Source of the DNA: Gemmatimonadota bacterium
Lineage (GTDB): Bacteria; Gemmatimonadota; Gemmatimonadetes; JACCXV01; JAHWKZ01
Direction: 5' to 3'
Assembly (NCBI GenBank): GCA_039588915.1
Contig: JBDGYV010000004.1
Location: 2,632-66,631, forward strand
Length of the DNA stretch: 64,000 bases
In this document: positions 46,362-55,225 of the stretch, in pieces
Layout: each line of letters starts with the position of its first letter
Numbering within the stretch: position 1 is the stretch's first letter
Made by a program: the position numbers and the translations under genes
The notes under the pieces: model-generated
What the model saw: only the letters and a program-made list of their open reading frames with translations
What the model was told of the DNA's origin: nothing
Database searches by the model: none

Positions 46362-46573
46362 TTCTCGCCACATTTTCATTCAGTCAGACGTTCCTCACGT
46401 ACAAGCCGTGAGTCATGGCCGAGGTGCACAAGCCGAGGTCGTTTCGGGAGGTGCGAAATCCCCGAATTGGCCACTTCTGCAGCTACCGATAAGGGACTCC
46501 GGATAGACAGGTTGGGCGCGGTCCGGTAAACTGAACTCATGCAGCGCCTGCAGTATTCCGGAGAGCGGATACT

Positions 46574-48886
46574 ATGATCAGGCTAGCGCTCATCGCCGTA
46601 ATGTCCCTCGGACCCCCTCCGGGTGACGGTTCCGTTCACGGAACGGTCCAGTCCGATCGTTACGAAACGGTCGCCGGGGTGCGGATCGAGATCCCGGCTG
46701 AGGGCGTAGTGGCGTGGTCGGACTCGACCGGGGCCTACCAGATCGAGGGCCTCGAGCCGGGCGAGCACAAGATCCGGTTCTCGCAGTTCGGGTATCACCC
46801 GCTCGAGCTTCAGGTCACGGTGCCGCATGATGGCTCGCTGAGCCTGGACGTTCGGTTGCGAACCCAGTTTATCGTTTTTCCCGAGATCTCGGCTCTCGCA
46901 TACGCGTCGCTCGATCCCGGCGAGGTGTTCGAGGCCAACGGATTGCCGGAGATCGGTTCGAGGGTGTTGGCGGGCGAGGTGCTTTGGTCCGACCCGTTGG
47001 CCCGCCAACCGGACGTCTTCGAGATCCTGTCCATCATTCCCGGCATCGACATGGCGGAGGAGTCGCCGACGCAGCTTCACGTGCGTGGCGGCTCGGCTGA
47101 CCAAAACCTCGTCCTGTTGGACGGCGCACCGGTTTACAATGCCTACCATACGAGCGGGATCATGTCCGCGATCAGCCCCGACGCGGTGTCGGAGGTGGCG
47201 ATTCACACCGGTGTGTTCCCGGCCCGGTACGGCGGCCGGCTGTCGAGCGTGATCGACGTATCAACACCAGAACCCGGCGAGTCCGGGCTGCGGGTCCGAG
47301 GCGGTGCGGGGCTGGCCGACCTGAGGATGACGGTCGACGCGCCGATGCCCGGTGCCGCCGGGGGAGTACTGATCGGCGGTCGTCGAACGAGGTACGACCT
47401 GTTCCGACGCGGCCCGTTCCTCGACAAGAACCGGACCAGCGGGTTTGACGATTTGCTGGGCAAGGTCTCGATCGACCTACCGGGAGGCCGGTTCGACGTC
47501 GTCTCGCTCACTTCGGACAACTGGCTCTTTTCGAACGTCATTGGAGATGAGGCCAGCGTCGCGACCGAGGAACAGCGGGCGCTGAGGAACAGCGTGCTGT
47601 GGTCGGCATCAACGAACGCCGTTGCGTGGAGTCGATCGTCCGACGCCACGTCCGACATCCGGTTTCAGATGTGGCGCGCCACAACAAACTCGGACGTCCA
47701 CTGGGGGGCGAGTTCCGAGCGCTACCGTGCCGTCAATGCGCTCAAGCACTGGGGTGCGTCGGGTGACGTGTCTTGGGTGCGACCCGAGACCGTGGGACGA
47801 GCTGGTTTCACGGTAGAAGCCCTGTCCTCCAAGTACGTGGCCGACCCCTTGACAAGCGACACAGTGCTGAGCCTAGCTGACGCAGACCCCGTTCTGGATC
47901 TGCGATCGAGCCAGAAGATCGTTTCCACGTACTTCGAGCACCGCTGGATCGCGCGCGATCACTGGATCGTCAATAACGGGTTGCGAGCTGTGTTTGTCGA
48001 TGGTCGCAGCGTCGCGCTTGAGCCGCGTGTCTCGGTTCACTACCGACCCGATGAAAGGTTGACGCTCTCCGGTGGGTACGCACGAGTTCATCAGTACGTG
48101 CAATCGCTCCGCAACGAGGAGTCGCTTTTAAACGCTGCTTTTGGCGCCGAGCCGTTGGTCACCGCGGACGCCCGAGAAGTGCCGGTCGGCCGGTCGGACC
48201 AGCTGACTGCGGCGTTGGAAGCACGGTTGTCGGAGCGTCTTCTCTTGACAGTCGACGGACACCTTCGGTGGCTCGATGACCTCGTTCTTGTGGCTCCCAC
48301 TACCGCCCAGCCGTTCGCGATCACCGGGTTTGAGCGTGGAAAGGGACGGGCGATAGGCACCGGGGCGGCTCTGTTCTATCGGGGGGATCGAGTCGATGCC
48401 GAGGCGATCGTCGAATGGAGTACCATTCGCAGACAGTATGGAAACGTCACCTATCATCCTGGATTCGAGCGTAGGCGATCGGTGATCACGGCTGCATCCT
48501 ACCGGCTTACGCCTCAGACCAAGGTCAGGACCGCTTTCCAGGCGGTTGCTGGCCGACCCACCAGTTCGGTCCAGGAGGGGTTTGACTGGGAATCATTTGA
48601 TCGGCTGAGCGGCGAGGTGGAGTTCAGCGGAACACCACTGCGGCTCTCCGACACGGTCAACGATGAGCGACTGCCGGCTTACGTCCGGTGGGACATCGGG
48701 ATCCGCAAGGAATGGAATCCCTCGCTGCTCGGTCTCTCTGGCTCGGTCATGACCTATCTGGACGTAACCAACGTGCTGGGACATGAGAACGTGGTTGGCT
48801 ACGGGGTCAATCCGTCGGGATTCGAGCGCCGGGACCTGCGTCTCCTCCCGGCATCGACCGCTTTCGGTCTCGAGTGGAGCTTCTGA
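46574..48886 (+). CDS. TonB-dependent receptor with carboxypeptidase-regulatory-like N-domain
   Basis: CarbopepD_reg (GTVQSDRYETVAGVRIEI..YQIEGLEPGEHKIRF), a plug domain, and a 22-strand-type barrel ending in the EWSF C-terminal aromatic signature. Confidence 0.75.
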   Translation: MIRLALIAVMSLGPPPGDGSVHGTVQSDRYETVAGVRIEIPAEGVVAWSDSTGAYQIEGLEPGEHKIRFSQFGYHPLELQVTVPHDGSLSLDVRLRTQFIVFPEISALAYASLDPGEVFEANGLPEIGSRVLAGEVLWSDPLARQPDVFEILSIIPGIDMAEESPTQLHVRGGSADQNLVLLDGAPVYNAYHTSGIMSAISPDAVSEVAIHTGVFPARYGGRLSSVIDVSTPEPGESGLRVRGGAGLADLRMTVDAPMPGAAGGVLIGGRRTRYDLFRRGPFLDKNRTSGFDDLLGKVSIDLPGGRFDVVSLTSDNWLFSNVIGDEASVATEEQRALRNSVLWSASTNAVAWSRSSDATSDIRFQMWRATTNSDVHWGASSERYRAVNALKHWGASGDVSWVRPETVGRAGFTVEALSSKYVADPLTSDTVLSLADADPVLDLRSSQKIVSTYFEHRWIARDHWIVNNGLRAVFVDGRSVALEPRVSVHYRPDERLTLSGGYARVHQYVQSLRNEESLLNAAFGAEPLVTADAREVPVGRSDQLTAALEARLSERLLLTVDGHLRWLDDLVLVAPTTAQPFAITGFERGKGRAIGTGAALFYRGDRVDAEAIVEWSTIRRQYGNVTYHPGFERRRSVITAASYRLTPQTKVRTAFQAVAGRPTSSVQEGFDWESFDRLSGEVEFSGTPLRLSDTVNDERLPAYVRWDIGIRKEWNPSLLGLSGSVMTYLDVTNVLGHENVVGYGVNPSGFERRDLRLLPASTAFGLEWSF

Positions 48887-48938
48887 TCCTCGGCCGAGGC
48901 CTTAGCCGCCGCAAAGTCTTCCCCCTCACGCCACATAT

Positions 48939-48950
48939 CTGACGCGTCAG
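48939..48950. promoter_or_regulatory. Perfect 12-bp palindrome CTGACGCGTCAG 34 nt upstream of the ECF sigma gene
   Basis: Seen directly in the sequence. It is followed by gcgttccatctgtgaacc, so it may be an operator or promoter element. Confidence 0.25.
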
Positions 48951-48983
48951 GCGTTCCATCTGTGAACCGGGTCTCCTGGGAGA

Positions 48984-49523
48984 GTGAGTGAGCGCCGGGA
49001 CGTGAATCGGAATGAACCATTCGAGGCCGCTTTTGGCGACGTCTTTGAGGCGCGGTTCCAGTCGTTGTTCCGCTATGTGAATCGTCTTTGCGGGGATTCA
49101 GCGGCGGCCGCGGACATCGCTCAGGAGTCCTTTGTGAGGTTGTACCAGCGAGGTGAACTACCCGATGACCCAAGAGCATGGCTGGTGACGGTGTCCAATA
49201 ACTTGTTCCGCGATGCGCACCGACGCACAGGTAGGCGGCAGGAGCTACTGGAAGCCAAAGCAGATCGCCTCTACGATGACGGGTCGGCTTCTGATCCGGC
49301 GGAGCAGTTGGAGGCTCGTGAGCGGAGACAGCGGGTCCGACAGGCTCTCGCGAAGTTGCCGTTGCGCGATCAGCAGGCGTTGCTGCTTCGTCACGAAGGC
49401 TACACCTATCGCGAGATCGCCCGGGCTCTCGACTACGGGGAGGCCGGGGTCGGAAAACTGATCAGTCGCGCCACACGCGCTTTTCAGCGCGCGTATGAGG
49501 ACTTGGTAGATGCATCTGCATGA
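48984..49523 (+). CDS. ECF-type RNA polymerase sigma factor (sigma-70 region 2 + region 4)
   Basis: Region 2 (FQSLFRYVNRLCGD..AADIAQESFVRLY) and a region-4 HTH (YREIARALDYGEAGVGKLISRA). Confidence 0.85.
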   Translation: MSERRDVNRNEPFEAAFGDVFEARFQSLFRYVNRLCGDSAAAADIAQESFVRLYQRGELPDDPRAWLVTVSNNLFRDAHRRTGRRQELLEAKADRLYDDGSASDPAEQLEARERRQRVRQALAKLPLRDQQALLLRHEGYTYREIARALDYGEAGVGKLISRATRAFQRAYEDLVDASA

Positions 49524-50238
49524 CGCCGAACTACAGGGGCTGCTCGACGAGGAGCCCAGCGTTAACGAGAACGAGAGCGTTCGCGCGCACGTCGCGGGTT
49601 GTGAGCAGTGCTCGGCGAGGATGGAGGACATGAAGCTTGCGTTTCGCGAGACCGGGCAACTATTGACAGTGCTCGACGAGTCCCCGCCGGCGATATCTGC
49701 CGATCAGCTGATCGAGATGGCGCAACGCCGTCACATTCCTGCCCGGAGAGCGCCTCGGGGAGTCGCATGGGCAGCCTCGGTGGCGGGTTTGGTCGTCGCG
49801 ACGATCGTTGCCGCCGCCATTCCGGGATCGCCGGTCCGTGCGATCGTGGAGAATCTGCTCCAAGATCTAGGACCTGAATCGCCCCAACCCACGGCTCCGG
49901 TGGAACCGTGGGAAGCTGGCGTCGCAATAACACCCGACGGAGCGATCGAGATCGTGTTCGATGCCGCTCAGTCGAGTGGTTCGATCGAGGTCCAGTTGGT
50001 CGAGATCGATGTCGCCCGAATCGAGGTTCGCGGTGACTCGGTTGGTTTCGCGGTAGGGGATCGTTCGATCCGAGTCGAGAACCAAGACGCGACCGCCAGT
50101 TATCGGATCACGCTCCCAGAGAACCTGTCGCAAACCGTAATCCGGGTCGGCACGCGCACCGTCTTCGCCAAGCAGGGCTCCCGGGTCTTGCAGAACGAGT
50201 TCGACCAGGACGGAGAGCTCTACCGGCTCGTGTTTTAG
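49510..50238 (+). CDS. Putative anti-sigma factor (zinc-finger type)
   Basis: Overlaps the sigma gene. N-terminal H-x3-C-x2-C (HVAGCEQC) as in ZAS/RsrA-like anti-sigma domains. A TM segment (AASVAGLVVATIVAAAI) and a periplasmic C-terminal domain follow. Confidence 0.5.
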   Translation: MHLHDAELQGLLDEEPSVNENESVRAHVAGCEQCSARMEDMKLAFRETGQLLTVLDESPPAISADQLIEMAQRRHIPARRAPRGVAWAASVAGLVVATIVAAAIPGSPVRAIVENLLQDLGPESPQPTAPVEPWEAGVAITPDGAIEIVFDAAQSSGSIEVQLVEIDVARIEVRGDSVGFAVGDRSIRVENQDATASYRITLPENLSQTVIRVGTRTVFAKQGSRVLQNEFDQDGELYRLVF

Positions 50239-50347
50239 TCGGTTTCACAGCTCCGCAGGCTTCACGCCCAACGCCACAAACTTTCGGCTTCACACGCTCC
50301 GTCTGTAGCAGTCGACATTACTTCTTGGAGGGGAGGCGCGACGGAGC

Positions 50348-51121
50348 ATGGTCCCGGTGGTGTACGACCCGGTCATCGTATCCGTCGTCGTCCCCCTCCT
50401 CGACGAGGCCGAAAACTTGCCACGGCTCCACGCCGAGATCGTCGACGCGATGACCGACCTGGATGTCGGTTGGGAGGTGGTTTACGTGGACGATGGCTCC
50501 CGCGACAACGGTCCCCGCATCCTGGCCCAACTCGCGGATCTCGATTCACGTGTACAGGTCGTCACTTTCGACCGCAACTACGGCCAATCGACGGCGATGA
50601 TCGCCGGTGTTGAGGCCGCGTTCGGCGACTGGATCGCGACGCTCGACGGGGACGGCCAGAGCGATCCCAAAGACCTCCCGCGAATGTGGGCGGTCATCTC
50701 GCGGCGGAAATGCGATGGTGTCACTGGCGTCCGCGTGGATCGTGCAGATGACTGGGTGAAGCGCTTCGCCTCTCGGATCGCTAACGATGTCCGAAACCGG
50801 GTACTCGGCAACGAGATCACCGACCTCGGTTGCTCGACTCGGATCTTTCCGAAGGCCGCGATCCTGGGCGCCGCCCGGTTCGAGGGGATGCACCGTTTTC
50901 TCCCGATGCTCGTTCGGGCTGGCGGGTACACGATCGACGAGCTGCCAGTCAATCACCGGCCCCGCATCGCCGGCCAGTCCAAGTACGGGATCAACAACCG
51001 ATTGTGGCGTGGGATAGCGGATCTGCTCATGGTCCGCAGACTGCTCCGGCGCAAGATCCGGTATCAAACGAAAGAAGCCGCGACGGTCGTGCAAAGCACG
51101 CGTCTCGGGGCCTGGCTGTAA
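50348..51121 (+). CDS. GT2-family polyprenyl-phosphate glycosyltransferase (DPM1/ArnC/GtrB-like)
   Basis: VSVVVPLLDEAENL and the DDGSRD (DXD) motif. C-terminal amphipathic/TM region typical of Und-P sugar transferases. Confidence 0.8.
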   Translation: MVPVVYDPVIVSVVVPLLDEAENLPRLHAEIVDAMTDLDVGWEVVYVDDGSRDNGPRILAQLADLDSRVQVVTFDRNYGQSTAMIAGVEAAFGDWIATLDGDGQSDPKDLPRMWAVISRRKCDGVTGVRVDRADDWVKRFASRIANDVRNRVLGNEITDLGCSTRIFPKAAILGAARFEGMHRFLPMLVRAGGYTIDELPVNHRPRIAGQSKYGINNRLWRGIADLLMVRRLLRRKIRYQTKEAATVVQSTRLGAWL

Positions 51122-51299
51122 TCGCTGCCCAGACGTGGCTCATGATCGGCTGGCCTGCTCGTTCTCGTCCTGGTGCTTGTGGATTACGTCTACCGCACCC
51201 GATTTCCGGTTAGAATGTTAAGATGCAAGAGCTAAGTGATGGTCGAGTGACCACTGAAGCCAAGCCAAACTCCTCAGGGTCAAATCCGGGAGATCTCGA

Positions 51300-52316
51300 A
51301 TGAACATTTTGGTTACCGGTGGGGCGGGCTTTGTCGGCTCGCACTTGTGTGAGGCGTTGGTCGAGCGTGGTGACCGAGTCGTGGCGCTGGACAATCTTGA
51401 TCCGTCCTACCCGAGAGAGCGGAAGCTGCAGAACGTGATTCAGCTTCGCGACCACGTTCGCTTCGATCTCGTTGAGAGAGATCTCAACGTTCCTGAGTCG
51501 TTGGTCGAGGTCCTTGCTGGCGGGTCGTTCGACGCCGTCGTCCATTTGGCAGCCAAGGCGGGAATTCGGGCATCGATGCGTAATCCGAGCGCCTACATCG
51601 AGACAAATCTCGGGGGAACGGCGAACCTCCTCGAAGCGATGACCAGAACTGGTTGTCGCCGGCTTGTTTTCGGTTCGTCTTCGTCGGTTTACGGCAACAA
51701 TCCGGGTCGGCCTTCGCGTGAGGACGACCGAGTGAAGCCAGTCTCGGTGTACGCAATGACGAAGAAGAGTGGGGAGGAGCTGTGTCGCGTCTACAATACG
51801 ACGCAAGACTTCAGCGTGCTTTGTCTCCGCTTCTTCACTGTCTACGGTCCACGTCAACGACCGGAGATGGCGATCCACAAGTTCACCCGCCTACTACTCA
51901 ACAACGAGCCGATACCGCTGTTCGGCGACGGTTCGATGGAGCGCGACTACACGTACGTCGACGACATCACCAGTGGCGTCGTGTCCGCGATCGACTTTGT
52001 TACCGCGCATGGAGGATTCGAGGTCGTGAATCTTGGATCAGGGATGCCGCCGGTGACGTTGAACGAGCTCGTCGCAAGGCTGGGTTGGCTGTCCAAGATC
52101 GAGCCGAGGGTCGAGTACCACTCGGCCCCTGGGGGTGACGTCGATAGCACTTGTGCTGATATCAACAAAGCACTCGGACTGCTCAGCTACCAACCGCAGG
52201 TCGACTTTTCAGAAGGGCTTGGGCGATTCCTCGAGTGGTATCGAGTTCTCGCCGCTGCCGGCACGGCCTCTTACGGCCATCGCGCAGAGCCCGACCCAGC
52301 GACAAAGGCCTCATGA
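51300..52316 (+). CDS. NAD-dependent nucleotide-sugar epimerase/dehydratase (SDR extended family)
   Basis: GGAGFVGSHL Rossmann motif and the YAMTK catalytic YxxxK. Confidence 0.85.
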   Translation: MNILVTGGAGFVGSHLCEALVERGDRVVALDNLDPSYPRERKLQNVIQLRDHVRFDLVERDLNVPESLVEVLAGGSFDAVVHLAAKAGIRASMRNPSAYIETNLGGTANLLEAMTRTGCRRLVFGSSSSVYGNNPGRPSREDDRVKPVSVYAMTKKSGEELCRVYNTTQDFSVLCLRFFTVYGPRQRPEMAIHKFTRLLLNNEPIPLFGDGSMERDYTYVDDITSGVVSAIDFVTAHGGFEVVNLGSGMPPVTLNELVARLGWLSKIEPRVEYHSAPGGDVDSTCADINKALGLLSYQPQVDFSEGLGRFLEWYRVLAAAGTASYGHRAEPDPATKAS

Positions 52317-52357
52317 CTTGCCATCTGCCCCGGCACTGTAACTAGCCTCAGACTAGA

Positions 52358-53164
52358 TTGCGGTCCGTACTGGCGAGTCGAATCGCAAGGGCCTTCCCGG
52401 TGGTGGAGCAAGTGAAGTCTACAATCTGTGTTCTTGTTCTCGTGCTGGCGCTATCGGTGCTGGCATCTTGCAGGAGCGTCCGGCTAGCGGATCTCGAGAC
52501 AACTCGCGCGGTCCCGCCCGGGGCTTGTGTTGTAGTGGGGTTTTTGGGCGGGATGGATGCTTGGAACGATGCCAGCAAGGGTGCGCGGGGACTGGCGCTC
52601 GCGTTGCGAGACCGTGATGAAGGCGTGTACGCCGAGACGTTCGAGAACCGACGCATCCCTCTGGCGCTGGCCTTTGTCGATCGGGCCCTGGACGCGAACC
52701 ACGATGGTGAGATCGACGCGGACGAGGTGGGGCGCGTGCGTCTCGTTGTCTACGGCCAGAGTCTCGGCGGTTGGGCAGCCGTTGAGTTTGCCCGGATGCT
52801 CGCCGCTCGACTGATTCCGATCGAGTTCCTGCTTCAGATCGACAGTGTGGGATTCTATGATGATGAAGTGCCGGCCAACGTTCGTCGGGCGGCCAATTTC
52901 TATCAGGACGACGGATGGGTAATCGCCGGTGAGAACCCTATCCGAGCGTTGGATCCGAGTCAGACCCAGGTCATCGGGAACTGGAAGTTCGACTATGACC
53001 GGCCACCAGGGTCGGCGATCGACGTCGGGGATTTGCCGTGGTGGAAAAAGGCGTTTCGTGTGGCGCATGCTCGGATGGACCGCGACCCACGGGTGTGGGC
53101 GACCGCAAGCGGCCTCATTCGGCACGCTTGCGAGCTTGGTGCAGGCGGCCGAACGAACAGCTAA
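52358..53164 (+). CDS. Hypothetical secreted/lipoprotein with alpha/beta-hydrolase-like nucleophile elbow
   Basis: Signal/lipobox VLASC and GQSLGG (GxSxG). Confidence 0.4.
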   Translation: MRSVLASRIARAFPVVEQVKSTICVLVLVLALSVLASCRSVRLADLETTRAVPPGACVVVGFLGGMDAWNDASKGARGLALALRDRDEGVYAETFENRRIPLALAFVDRALDANHDGEIDADEVGRVRLVVYGQSLGGWAAVEFARMLAARLIPIEFLLQIDSVGFYDDEVPANVRRAANFYQDDGWVIAGENPIRALDPSQTQVIGNWKFDYDRPPGSAIDVGDLPWWKKAFRVAHARMDRDPRVWATASGLIRHACELGAGGRTNS

Positions 53165-53176
53165 GCTGGTTTCAAC

Positions 53177-53686
53177 GTGGATGCAGAACGTAGTCGAACG
53201 CTGAGCCAGGGTCTGATCGCCGGAGTGATCGGGTACGCGACGGTAGCGATCTGTTTCAGCGTGCTGAACCTCATCGCCGGACGACACCTACTTCACACCG
53301 CAGCGGTTCTGGGACACCGGCTGCTCGGGACTCTGGATAACGGAGACGCCGTGACCATCGAGGCCGCTCCAATCTTTGTCTACAATGGTCTGCACCTGGT
53401 TCTCTTTCTGTTGGTCGGGCTAGTCGCGTCATGGGTTGTGTTCAAGCTCGAGAAGTATCCCCAGTTGTGGTATCTGGTCCTCTTTTTGGTTCTGTTCGTC
53501 TTCTTTCACACAATCGGGGTGGTGCTCGCTTTCGTCGAACCGGTGACCGGCTCTGTCCCGATGTGGACCACTCTGTTGGTGAGTCTTGCGGCGGTGCTAA
53601 TGATGGGAGGCTACCTATGGCTGGTTCACCCTCGACTTCGACAGGAAGTTGAACGCTTGGGCGACTTTGAGGACCCCTTCCCCTAG
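53177..53686 (+). CDS. Hypothetical integral membrane protein
   Basis: Four to five hydrophobic helices; no recognisable motif. Confidence 0.4.
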   Translation: MDAERSRTLSQGLIAGVIGYATVAICFSVLNLIAGRHLLHTAAVLGHRLLGTLDNGDAVTIEAAPIFVYNGLHLVLFLLVGLVASWVVFKLEKYPQLWYLVLFLVLFVFFHTIGVVLAFVEPVTGSVPMWTTLLVSLAAVLMMGGYLWLVHPRLRQEVERLGDFEDPFP

Positions 53687-53687
53687 T

Positions 53688-54017
53688 TCAGTCTGGCAGA
53701 TCATTCAAGACTCGTTGGATTCTGCGTTTGTAGTCTCGAAATGCCTTTCTGCCCTCAGGCGTGAGGCGAATCATGCTATGCGGCTTCTTGCCTCGGAACT
53801 CTTTTTCGATTCGAACGTAGCCGGCTGTTTCCAGCTTTCGCAGATGAGTCGACAGATTGCCCCAGGTCAAACCGGTGAGGTGTACTAAGAACACGTAGTC
53901 TGCCCGGTTTACGACGTACAGGTAGGTCAACACCATCAGACGTGCGGGGGCGTGGACAACCTGATCGATATCGGCAAGCGGGTGGAGCTCCACCGAATCG
54001 GTTTTGTGCTCAGGCAT
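53688..54017 (-). CDS. Winged-helix transcriptional regulator (ArsR/MarR-like)
   Basis: wHTH core HAPARLMVLTYL...LVHLTGLTWGNLSTHLRKLETAGYV. No metal-binding Cys pair. Confidence 0.55.
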   Translation of the reverse strand: MPEHKTDSVELHPLADIDQVVHAPARLMVLTYLYVVNRADYVFLVHLTGLTWGNLSTHLRKLETAGYVRIEKEFRGKKPHSMIRLTPEGRKAFRDYKRRIQRVLNDLPD

Positions 54018-54645
54018 TCTGGCCCTCGATCGGGGAGGGCATGGGGTTGCTGCGCAGGATTGAAGAGAACTTGGTCAACCCAACCGCAATCATCACGGCC
54101 GCGGTGGTGCCGAGCGTCAGCGGCAGCCCGTGATGAGGCACGCTGCTGTGAGTGTATAGCCACTCTCCGACAAAGGGTGACGCGGCGAACAGGGCTCCAT
54201 ACAAGTAGAGACGTGCGAAGCTCAAGAAGTAGGCCGCGATACCGAAAGCCATCAGCACGACAAGTGCGAACGAGGAGGCATGGACCCACCCAGGCCAACT
54301 GACGTTGATCGCTGAGAGTATGCCGAGGATCATTGCCAACGTCATGGCCGCAAACATGATCACGTTGAACTTTCGCAGTCTTGCCAGTCTGGGCGGTCTG
54401 AACTCAACAACCCCAACGCGGGGTGTGACGATTGTTGTCTTCAACCAACGAAGCGCGAAATACGCGATCCCGAAGACCGGCACGAGAAGAAATGAGCTCC
54501 AGAAATCGCCCAACCTCGGGCTGAGAAAGAGAGCGATCACGAAAACCAGGGTGCAAGATCCGAGCAGCAGATCCCACAGGCCGTGGTCGAGTGTCGCGCG
54601 GAACGCCCTTTGCTCGGCGTTCTCGAGACTGATGCTATCCGTCAT
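54010..54645 (-). CDS. Hypothetical integral membrane protein (upstream of and overlapping the wHTH regulator)
   Basis: Five to six TM helices. The 8-nt overlap suggests co-transcription with the regulator. Confidence 0.45.
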   Translation of the reverse strand: MTDSISLENAEQRAFRATLDHGLWDLLLGSCTLVFVIALFLSPRLGDFWSSFLLVPVFGIAYFALRWLKTTIVTPRVGVVEFRPPRLARLRKFNVIMFAAMTLAMILGILSAINVSWPGWVHASSFALVVLMAFGIAAYFLSFARLYLYGALFAASPFVGEWLYTHSSVPHHGLPLTLGTTAAVMIAVGLTKFSSILRSNPMPSPIEGQNA

Positions 54646-54817
54646 GATGGCGCCTCCTGCACTGTGTCCAATAGAACTCTCCTAAACATTATACTCGGTA
54701 TAACAGAGTTGTCAACCCTCCGACACCTTCTCGTGCACCCTTTTGACTTCACTAGCTTCCGAGTCGCCACCCCAAATATCTTAGGTACAGCGGACTAGGG
54801 CCAACGCCTCAAGTGGC

Positions 54818-55219
54818 GTGTTAAGTCCAGCTACGGCAACGCCAGGGGGCGTTAGACTGGAAGACATGATGACGAGCATCCCCGTAATAGTTGGTGTTTT
54901 GGTGGCCGCGGTCGCGGTCGTTTATGCGTTCGTTCAGAATCATCGACAAGTGCGGGAAGGACAAGCGATCAAGAAGTGCGTCTTGGCCAATGCGCCCGAG
55001 GCTTGGGAGGGCCTAGGGCCGTTACATCGTCGCTGGTTGTCGCCGGAAGTCGGTCTTACGGTTCTGCGGCAGAAAAAGGCGATCGACGACTCTGCGTTCG
55101 AGCAGCAGTTCGAGCAGATGCGCGAGTTTGGCCGCAAGAAGCTCCAGGCGCTGATCGCAGGGACGATCGCCATTCTGATCGTGCTCGTTGGGACGAAGTT
55201 GCTCGGCTGGAACTGGTAA
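54818..55219 (+). CDS. Hypothetical small membrane protein
   Basis: N- and C-terminal TM segments. Codon usage is consistent with a real gene. Confidence 0.35.
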   Translation: MLSPATATPGGVRLEDMMTSIPVIVGVLVAAVAVVYAFVQNHRQVREGQAIKKCVLANAPEAWEGLGPLHRRWLSPEVGLTVLRQKKAIDDSAFEQQFEQMREFGRKKLQALIAGTIAILIVLVGTKLLGWNW

Positions 55220-55225
55220 CGTCGG

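Noticed and set aside
46416-46493. 25-codon mini-ORF (MAEVHKPRSFREVRNPRIGHFCSYR) in the TonB-dependent receptor upstream region as a possible leader peptide.
   Set aside because: No convincing SD, no associated terminator, and no overlap with the downstream start. Mentioned only as part of the structured region.
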